Under the pieces are notes generated by a model that did not search any database, was not told the origin of the DNA, and saw only the letters and a program-made list of their open reading frames with translations. Below are positions 53,389 through 62,207 of a stretch of DNA of 64,000 nt, piece by piece; positions within the stretch are counted from its first letter, which is position 1, and each line of letters starts with the position of its first letter. A program made the translations under genes and the position numbers. The stretch spans positions 992,001 to 1,056,000 of the forward strand of contig CP128818.1 of assembly GCA_051546255.1 (NCBI GenBank), written 5' to 3'. The DNA comes from Meyerozyma guilliermondii (lineage: Eukaryota).

Positions 53389-53472
53389 AATGACCAAGTT
53401 TGACCAGCTTTTCGGTTCCAAGATGGAGTTGCCCCCTTCTTTAAACCAATCCGGAGGCCTCACTAAGCCATT

Positions 53473-53518
<46 letters not shown>

Positions 53519-53957
53519 ATCAACGCAAGCTGATGACTTGCGCTTACTAGGAATTCCTCGTTGAAGAGCAATAATTACAATGCTCTATCCCCAGCACGAC
53601 GGAGTTTCACAAGATTTCCCAGACCTCTCGGCCAAGGTTAATACTCGCTGGCTCCGTCAGTGTAGCGCGCGTGCGGCCCAGAACGTCTAAGGGCATCACA
53701 GACCTGTTATTGCCTCAAACTTCCATCGACTTGAAATCGATAGTCCCTCTAAGAAGTGACTATACCAGCAAAAGCTAGCAGCACTATTTAGTAGGTTAAG
53801 GTCTCGTTCGTTATCGCAATTAAGCAGACAAATCACTCCACCAACTAAGAACGGCCATGCACCACCACCCACAAAATCAAGAAAGAGCTCTCAATCTGTC
53901 AATCCTTATTGTGTCTGGACCTGGTGAGTTTCCCCGTGTTGAGTCAAATTAAGCCGC

Positions 53958-54026
<69 letters not shown>

Positions 54027-55132
54027 AGAACCCAAAGACTTTGATTTCTCGTAAGGTGCCGAGTGCGTCAAAAAAAGAACAACACCCGATCCCTAGTCGG
54101 CATAGTTTATGGTTAAGACTACGACGGTATCTGATCATCTTCGATCCCCTAACTTTCGTTCTTGATTAATGAAAACGTCCTTGGCAAATGCTTTCGCAGT
54201 AGTTAGTCTTCAGTAAATCTAAGAATTTCACCTCTGACAACTGAATACTGATGCCCCCGACCGTCCCTATTAATCATTACGATGGTCCTAGAAACCAACA
54301 AAATAGAACCATAACGTCCTATTCTATTATTCCATGCTAATATATTCGAGCAAAGGCCTGCTTTGAACACTCTAATTTTTTCAAAGTAAAAGTCCTGGTT
54401 CGCCAAACACCACAAGGGCGAATGGTTAGCCAGAAGGAAAGGCTCGGTTGGGTCCAGTACTCGCCAAAAAGGCGGACCGGCCAACCAAGCCCAAAGTTCA
54501 ACTACGAGCTTTTTAACTGCAACAACTTTAATATACGCTATTGGAGCTGGAATTACCGCGGCTGCTGGCACCAGACTTGCCCTCCAATTGTTCCTCGTTA
54601 AGGTATTTACATTGTACTCATTCCAATTACAAGACCCGAAAGGGCCCTGTATCGTTATGTATTGTCACTACCTCCCCGTGTCGGGATTGGGTAATTTGCG
54701 CGCCTGCTGCCTTCCTTGGATGTGGTAGCCGTTTCTCAGGCTCCCTCTCCGGAATCGAACCCTTATTCCCCGTTACCCGTTGAAACCATGGTAGGCCACT
54801 ATCCTACCATCGAAAGTTGATAGGGCAGAAATTTGAATGAACCATCGCCAGCACAAGGCCATGCGATTCGAAAAGTTATTATGAATCATCAAAGAGCTCA
54901 AAGAGCATTGATTTTTTATCTAATAAATACATCCCTTCCAAACAGTCGGGATTTTTAGCATGTATTAGCTCTAGAATTACCACGGTTATCCAAGTAGTAA
55001 AGGTACTATCAAATAAACGATAACTGATTTAATGAGCCATTCGCAGTTTCACTGTATAAATTGCTTATACTTAGACATGCATGGCTTAATCTTTGAGACA
55101 AGCATATGACTACTGGCAGGATCAACCAGATA
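53331..55132 (-). rRNA. RDN18: 18S rRNA, unit 5
   Basis: Copy at +33068. Confidence 0.96.
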
Positions 55133-56082
55133 ACTATCTTGAAGGCTCGCAAGAGCCCACATCGCCGTTCCAACTCGCATCGCTGCAAGTCTTCCCGACT
55201 GAAGTTATTTGATATAATTGCAACTGACCGAAATCAGCCGGTAGGTGCCCACAGCCCAGTCTAATGAAAGACCGCCTGCAAGCATCCTACATCCATATAG
55301 CCCTCTTTGAATTCCCCTGGTGTGATGTCCGCTAAACACTCCCATGCATAGCACAAGAGGTTTAACATAACCAACCATGGAGGAGGTTACAAGCAGAGAA
55401 TCACAGAACTAAATCCGGCTATTCAATGCCGCAGACCCCCAAGTAAGTTTTTAGTTGAACACTTGCCATCGGCTAGTAATCCACTAAATCCTTCAATGCT
55501 CACACACAGAATCGCTAGATGTCTGATGTGAGACTGTTCAGGCTCCTTGCTTGCGCAAGATAACCCATGTTGTCTACCGTAAAGAGCATGCCGAAACTGA
55601 CGTCTCACCATAGAACTCTCCCCACTAAACAACGAGGCCATAAACACACCTGTACTCAAACTGAAGATTGCTCTTCAATTCTTTCTAATAGTGTTTCATG
55701 CTTTCGCATATAGTTCCTCCGGCCCTCATTTACTGCTTCGCATTTGATTCGCACGCAAATGGTGCCGCGAGTTTGCACCCAGTCCTGCACAATCCCCCAG
55801 GGCCTTTTGAATTGTGCGACGCTTTTCCATACAAATTCATCGACACCCTGCCATACAAAATGAAAAAAGTTCACACTTAGCGAAATTCACTCATCTCGAC
55901 CCCCAACATGAGGTCATCATGAATAATTTTTTTTCGGCTTCTGAGGGTTGTCTGGTCGTTTGTACACATGTTTTACAACATTTTAGGGCATTTTGACAAA
56001 CTTTGTTTCAAATTGCGTTTTTACCCTTCCTACACCCCAGCAATCATCTGCAACTACTCAGAACTTTGCGAATTTATCAATT

Positions 56083-56583
56083 TTTGCAAATTGTATTTTT
56101 GGCCATTTTTTGCCAGATCCTGTCCCACTTTTCGCAGCCGCTGCCCGCACAACCGCGCACACTCCACACCCGCTCCACAAAAGCCCTTCCGCCGTTTTCC
56201 TTAATCCCCGCAAACAGCCCCAAAAACGTCCCTGCGCATCCATTTCACTCACCTATTGCCTATGCCACCTTCTTCCCCCCGTTTCACGCACTTTGCTTCC
56301 ACCCCACTTTCACACACCTGTGCTTGTCAGCTCAAAACTGCTGCAATCCATTTTTCAAATTGAACAGCGCACGACCTCAACCCACATAAAATCTACAATC
56401 AAGAACCATAAACTAAAAGCTCTGTATTCACAACCACAATGCAATTGGCATACCCACACCACCCCCGCTTCTTCATTCACCCTCCCTTCCTCCTGTACTC
56501 TGCCTGCTCACGTGACGTCCGTTTCGAACCGCGCGGTGGACGTCTCCCACTATCGCACTCGGCCCAAGTATTGCCCTGGTCTC
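56083..56583 (+). repeat. Terminal 501-bp partial IGS copy (equivalent to 14748-15248)
   Basis: Sixth copy of the segment that opens the array; diverges into unique DNA after CCTGGTCTC. Confidence 0.9.
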
Positions 56584-56851
56584 AACATACATCTGTGAGC
56601 TTAATCAATTATGAGATGAAATTCTCCGTGTCTCTCAGACACTCTCTAGAGCTTGATTCTGTATCAATATTTTCTGGCCTCGTTCCGCGTTATTCAGTTA
56701 TTCCTTTCAATGACTGTTTAAAGAATTTTCATATTTCGCAAAAACAAAATATTTTGCGAATATAGGTCATTCTAATATAGTCTGAAGTTGTTTGTTTCTA
56801 AGTGAAGGCTCGTAAAAATTATCTAGTGATTAAAACAGAGAATTACTCCCT

Positions 56852-59800
56852 TTAGACTAAGCGAAGAAATGCTAACACAGTTCCTGGAGATACTACATCT
56901 CCCTCATTGACAGCCACCTCCAATACTTCAAAGCGAGAGCTCTCAGTATAGGCAGCCTTAGACTCAGTTTCATCATCAGATTCATCTTCATCTCCACCAA
57001 CAGGCTTTACAGCAATCTCCATCTTCATTGCTTCAAGCATAATGATTGTATCACTTACACCAACAATCTCACCGGCTTTATAGTTGATTTTGAAAATGTT
57101 TGCAGCCATATTACAAGTCACTTTGATGGCACTAGGATCTTGCAAGAATTTTGCCACACCCGTGGGATTTGAATTCTTCGCAATCTCACATTCTTTGACC
57201 CATTGAGCCAAAGACCTATCCTCCTCTTCCAAAAGTTTGGACATAACTTTTGCTTTCCTATCATTGAGATCATCAAGCTCATCTTTAATATCACTTAAAA
57301 ACTTTGAGTATTCGCTGAAGTCAAGTACAGACTTTTCTGTTGGAATGTCCAAATCCCCTAACAATAAGTCACGGTTGAGCTTTGTCAATTCTTCCTCGTC
57401 GACCTCGTAATATACAACCTGGTCAAAATTGTTGAAAAACCATGGTCTGCCATGGCTGACTTTGAGTCTACCAAAAGTGTTCCAACATAAGTCTGGGAGT
57501 CCCATTCCCCAGATAAGATATCCACCGGGGGAGTCAATTGAATAAATTGAGTAACCAACTGACCCTGATCCCAAAGCACCTTTGGGAGTGAAAGTACGAG
57601 CAGGATTGAATTTACCGGTTTTGAACCTCGTTCTAGGATCCAAATTCACGGACAAAGTGTTGGCACACAAGAAAGAGACAGCTGTCACAACTTGCGTTTG
57701 GCCAACAACATTGGCTTTAAATTGTTCTAGCAGGTCGATGCAGTTAGCCTTCATCAAGTACGCAGTATTGTCTGGCAAATATGGCGCTTGAGATCTTTGG
57801 GAACGCATGTACCGTTCCATGCAATGTGCAATTGCCGAATGATCGAAACAAATTGGAAGACGGTAAAGGGTGCTTTCAATTTTCAAACTGTCTGTTGGTG
57901 GGATATCACCTTCCATGTGGCTCAAGATCTCAACAAGACAACTTTGTGAGATGATTGTCGGCTCGTAAATGACCGCCATGGCACCGCTGCAGCACTCAAT
58001 TCTAATCAAACCTTTGGCCAAAAGAGAGTCTTTAGGCTGCTCTTTGAGCTTCATTTCGAGCACTCTTTGACGGCCATTGTTAACCAATGTGAAATGCTCA
58101 ACCCCAAAATCTAAAATGAGCATTTTTTCACCGGCCTGCCTGATGAAAAATGGCACACCTTTGTCGCCAGATGTTCGATGAAACAATAAAGTGTCCTTCG
58201 TAGTTGTGTCATCTGCCGTAGGAAGGCTCTCACGAAACACAGGTAAATCACCGGAGCTATTTTTGGCGTATTCCAACTCGTCCAAAAAAGCCTCCTGCTG
58301 CTGCTTGAGAGCCACTGATTCACTATGAGAAACTTGTTTGAATCTAATTTTGCCTTTGACCTTCGCTTGACCAGCCTTCCACCAATCAGCCATAATGGGT
58401 ACTGCTATGCAAACGAAGCCAGAAAGTGTTGATCCATCGACACCAAACAAAGACACCACATTTCCGACAATACTGATGCCACAGCTTGGGTATGGGTACT
58501 CTAAAATGTTACTAGGGTGAGTTCCTCCATCGCCACCATTCTTCCTCGAGAAAACGTTCGCTGGTCCATCTAAACGAATGCAGCCTCTGTTAGAATTCAA
58601 GTTAACAGTATACACTGTATTGTAGAACATTTCTAGACCTTCTTTGCTGCAGATATCGGTTGTGTCGTGGGGCCCTCCAGTGGTTCTAATCGTCCAAATA
58701 AAGTCATCTTCGACGGTGTCAAGGTCAGGCTTACATTTTTGAGGAAGTTCGAAGCCAAGTTCCACCGAGTCACTGAAGCCAACTTGACGAACGACAGATA
58801 AACAGTCTCCGTCCATGATGGGCCTACCTTGATGTCCGCCCAAATTTAATGTCGGGGTACATGACTTGGACCCCAAGTATTGAGCAACCTCTGGGAGACC
58901 GCCCTTAATGGCTAGGTAAGCCCGTGCACAACTTCCTTGAGCTTTGCCGACCGAGATGACGGAGCCTGCTGGGACAGAGATTGCAGTAAACATAGGCACT
59001 GACGCTCCATTTATGGTGAACTTGAACTTTCCTCCAGCAAGACAGATTGTCAATGCCGCATGGGCCCTGATGGTCGGTCCTTTCAAAGTGATTTCAAGTC
59101 CCTCGGTGCGCCGATCGTTGCCTACGACAATATTAGCCAACTGGAAAAAAATTGGATCGGTGGGGCCAGACAATGGAACTCCATGGCCAACGTCTTCCCT
59201 TCCTGGATAATCTTGAATAGTTGTGTAAGAACCAGGCTTCACAAACTCGATCAAATTAGGTTGATATTGAAAGTCAGATGTTAAGAATGTAGTTAGTGTT
59301 GTACCCGTCAAAAAGTTGCTGGAGTTCAAAATTTCAGTCAAGTAGTCGATGTTATGAGTAGGGCCGTGTATGTGGCTCTTCGACAAGGCCCGAACCATCG
59401 ATAACCGGGATTTATCTCTCAGAGGTGCCCATACCATAACCTTTGCTAATAGAGGATCAAAATACGGCGAGACCTTGCTTCCCGTTGATATCCAATGATC
59501 AACACGCAACTTAGACTCCTTCCCGATCTCATCTGGAAATTCAACAAAATGCAAGACACCCGGCGCAGGCTGAAAGTTCTTGACGGGATTTTCAGCATAC
59601 ACTCTGCACTCGATTGCATGTCCTCGAGGTATAGCAACACCATCACTGTCAATTTCACATGATCCCTCCTTCTCAAGGAGACTTTTGGGCATGCCTGGCT
59701 CACCTCTAGCTTCATAATCAGCTTGGAGTAACATCAACTTTACCAAGTCAACACCGTAGACCAATTCTGTTATGCCATGTTCCACCTGAAGTCGAGTGTT

Positions 59801-60688
59801 CATCTCCAAGAAATAGAAGCTGCCAGTCTCATCGTCGACAAGAAATTCCACCGTACCTGCCGATTTATACTTGACAGAAGCGGCGAGATGAGCGGCACAC
59901 GTTACTAGTTGTTTCCTCAACAGCGTGCGGCCATTTTCCACAAAAGGGCTAGGCGCTTCTTCGATGACCTTTTGATGTCTTCTTTGGATAGAGCATTCAC
60001 GTTCGCCAAAGGCACGCACATAGCCCTGACCGTTGCCGAAGACTTGAACCTCGATGTGCCGACCGCATTCTACGTACTTCTCAAGGAAGGCTCCAGAGTT
60101 ATTGAACAAAGTTTCACCTCTTGAGACGACTTCCTTAAATGCGTCGCTCAATTCGTCCTCCCTGTAGCAAACTTTCAAGCCCATACCACCTCCTCCAGCA
60201 GTGGACTTGAGCATGACAGGGTATCCGATTCTGTTGGCAATCAGTTGGGCTTCAGCTATGTCCGTGATGAGACCAGAGCCGGGAACGACGGGCACATCGT
60301 TGCTTTCGGCTAAACTTCTTGCCGAGTGCTTCAAGCCAAACGTGTCGATCGATTTTCCGGTTGGTCCTGCAAACACTATACCTTTCTTCTCCAAAGCAGC
60401 TGCAAATTGTGGGGACTCAGAGAGAAAGCCATAACCTGGAACGACAACATCGGCATTCAGGTTTATGGCGACAGACACAACCTGGTCGATATCTATATAT
60501 GCCTGTGCGCCGACACCAGGCAATAGCACAGCCTCGTCAGCTGAGAGTACGTGTAAAGATTCAGCATCCTCGGCGGAGTATATTGCAATGCTTCGGAGTC
60601 CATTTTCCTTGCAACAACGTATTATACGACAGGCAATCTCACCTCTGTTGGCTACCAAGACTCTCTTGATAGTGCGGAATTGTGACAT
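56852..60688 (-). CDS. Stand-alone urea carboxylase-like biotin-dependent enzyme (LamA-like; biotin carboxylase + carboxyltransferase-like domains + biotinyl domain, no amidase domain)
   Basis: 1278 aa; VLVANRGEIACRI, PGYGFLSE, GGGGMG, RECSIQRRHQKVIEEAP, EMNTRLQVEH (biotin carboxylase); TTIQDYPGR and YSIDSPGGY (CT/AHS-type domains); LEAMKME biotinylation motif. Confidence 0.9.
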   Translation of the reverse strand: MSQFRTIKRVLVANRGEIACRIIRCCKENGLRSIAIYSAEDAESLHVLSADEAVLLPGVGAQAYIDIDQVVSVAINLNADVVVPGYGFLSESPQFAAALEKKGIVFAGPTGKSIDTFGLKHSARSLAESNDVPVVPGSGLITDIAEAQLIANRIGYPVMLKSTAGGGGMGLKVCYREDELSDAFKEVVSRGETLFNNSGAFLEKYVECGRHIEVQVFGNGQGYVRAFGERECSIQRRHQKVIEEAPSPFVENGRTLLRKQLVTCAAHLAASVKYKSAGTVEFLVDDETGSFYFLEMNTRLQVEHGITELVYGVDLVKLMLLQADYEARGEPGMPKSLLEKEGSCEIDSDGVAIPRGHAIECRVYAENPVKNFQPAPGVLHFVEFPDEIGKESKLRVDHWISTGSKVSPYFDPLLAKVMVWAPLRDKSRLSMVRALSKSHIHGPTHNIDYLTEILNSSNFLTGTTLTTFLTSDFQYQPNLIEFVKPGSYTTIQDYPGREDVGHGVPLSGPTDPIFFQLANIVVGNDRRTEGLEITLKGPTIRAHAALTICLAGGKFKFTINGASVPMFTAISVPAGSVISVGKAQGSCARAYLAIKGGLPEVAQYLGSKSCTPTLNLGGHQGRPIMDGDCLSVVRQVGFSDSVELGFELPQKCKPDLDTVEDDFIWTIRTTGGPHDTTDICSKEGLEMFYNTVYTVNLNSNRGCIRLDGPANVFSRKNGGDGGTHPSNILEYPYPSCGISIVGNVVSLFGVDGSTLSGFVCIAVPIMADWWKAGQAKVKGKIRFKQVSHSESVALKQQQEAFLDELEYAKNSSGDLPVFRESLPTADDTTTKDTLLFHRTSGDKGVPFFIRQAGEKMLILDFGVEHFTLVNNGRQRVLEMKLKEQPKDSLLAKGLIRIECCSGAMAVIYEPTIISQSCLVEILSHMEGDIPPTDSLKIESTLYRLPICFDHSAIAHCMERYMRSQRSQAPYLPDNTAYLMKANCIDLLEQFKANVVGQTQVVTAVSFLCANTLSVNLDPRTRFKTGKFNPARTFTPKGALGSGSVGYSIYSIDSPGGYLIWGMGLPDLCWNTFGRLKVSHGRPWFFNNFDQVVYYEVDEEELTKLNRDLLLGDLDIPTEKSVLDFSEYSKFLSDIKDELDDLNDRKAKVMSKLLEEEDRSLAQWVKECEIAKNSNPTGVAKFLQDPSAIKVTCNMAANIFKINYKAGEIVGVSDTIIMLEAMKMEIAVKPVGGDEDESDDETESKAAYTESSRFEVLEVAVNEGDVVSPGTVLAFLRLV

Positions 60689-61022
60689 GATCGCAATTGG
60701 TGCGGATCGAGCAGCAGATCCGGATCGTATCTATAGGAGTTATCTACCCCACATCCAGCGGCATTGCCACTTCTGGGCGAGCAGCGCATATTACTGGTAA
60801 TAGCTAAACCGACAATACGATTGCGCGAATGCAGCATCATCGTCGTATCTTTTGACATTTTGAGAAGAAATGCGGCTCCGGTATGCAGCCAAGAAAGGCT
60901 TATTTGGGGTATGCGATTGTTCTAACTAGAACTACGTTGCGCTCACCTCAATATGCCGCGGTATTTACCTCCGTCCCCTCCTATCGTCCCTATTTCTAGT
61001 GCAAATTCGCAGTGATAGGGTC

Positions 61023-61865
61023 ATGACTTACGACAAAGTTGCAAACGCAGCGACACCGTTTGCGCTCTCTGGCCAAGCAAATGACAACTCTCAGATTCTT
61101 CCTCGATGCGAGATCAATTGTGACATGGGAGAAGGCTTCGGTCCGTGGAAAATGGGTCCTGATGCAGAGCTCATGCCTCTTATCGACACTGCCAACATAG
61201 CTTGCGGGGGCCATGCTGGAGATCCCAGAATCATGAGGGAAACCATCCAGCTCGCCAAAAAGCACGGCGTTCGAGTTGGAGCCCATCCAGGTTTACCTGA
61301 CAAGGTTGGATTTGGCCGGAGACAATGGGCGCTCTCGCCTCAGGACGTATACGACTTGGTGTTGTACCAAGTCGGAGCCTTGAAGGCATTCTTAGATGCG
61401 GAAGGTATGCCATTACTGTACATTAAGCCACATGGCGAGTTGTTCTTTTACGTTGAGAGAGATGAAGAGATCATGCATGCGGTGTTAGACGCAGCAAAGG
61501 TGTTTGGCGTTCCAGTGATGGCCGGTAAGAGTGTCAGGTATGAGCAAGTGGCCAAGAAAGAGGGTGTGCAATTCATACAAGAGTTCTACCCAGACCTCAA
61601 TTACAATTCCGAAGGTAAGCTCGTCAAGATATTTGCTGGTCCCAAAAGCGCACGTACGCCGGAAACAATCATGAACGCGGTGTTACAGGCTGGCTTCGCT
61701 GATCAAACGGTAGACACCGAGGACAAGCCTATGAATCTCAACTTTGGGGGTGCTCCATTCACCGTGTGCTTGCATCTGGACATGCCCACTGCTCTTGAGA
61801 ATGCACGCAAAACCAGGGCTGCCATCGACGAGATCAATGCTGCAAGGGGGTATGCCGCCAAGTAG
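61023..61865 (+). CDS. LamB/YcsF (PxpA, 5-oxoprolinase subunit A-like) lactam utilisation protein
   Basis: INCDMGEGFGPWKMGPD, ANIACGGHAGDP, VGAHPGLPDKVGFGRR, IKPHG, CLH(CTG)D motifs; first ATG at 61023 (track start 60999 is GTG). Confidence 0.92.
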   Translation: MTYDKVANAATPFALSGQANDNSQILPRCEINCDMGEGFGPWKMGPDAELMPLIDTANIACGGHAGDPRIMRETIQLAKKHGVRVGAHPGLPDKVGFGRRQWALSPQDVYDLVLYQVGALKAFLDAEGMPLLYIKPHGELFFYVERDEEIMHAVLDAAKVFGVPVMAGKSVRYEQVAKKEGVQFIQEFYPDLNYNSEGKLVKIFAGPKSARTPETIMNAVLQAGFADQTVDTEDKPMNLNFGGAPFTVCLHLDMPTALENARKTRAAIDEINAARGYAAK

Positions 61866-62018
61866 ATATCGAATGCAACGTAATAGTAATATTTTGTAAT
61901 CGGAGCGGTTACCACACAATGGTCATCTTGGGGGACAATATTACCCAAAATGGGATGCTGCATGTATTGAAGGAAAACGGCTGCTCGTCGCAAACATTTC
62001 CTAATGCGTCATTACGAG

Positions 62019-62093
62019 TTATCGGACATGTTTGAGGAAAACCGATAGACAGAGATAACGTTAATCTTTATCTCAGAGATGATAAACCTTATC
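62019..62093. promoter_or_regulatory. Cluster of GATAA elements (nitrogen catabolite repression, Gln3/Gat1 type)
   Basis: TTATC 62019-62023, GATAG 62044, GATAA 62054, TTATC 62068, GATAA 62081, CTTATC 62088 within 75 bp, 115-190 bp upstream of the DUR3-like ATG. Confidence 0.7.
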
Positions 62094-62207
62094 TTAGCGG
62101 CAAGCCGCAGCTAGCTACCATACCGTGGCCGGAGTATGGTCGATAATGACCACCAGTGAATAAAATGCTCCCCAAAGCCTGGAAAGCCAATACCACCCAT
62201 ACTCGCA

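Noticed and set aside
56852..60688. Calling this gene DUR1,2 (urea amidolyase)
   Set aside because: It starts directly with the biotin carboxylase domain and lacks the amidase-type allophanate hydrolase domain.
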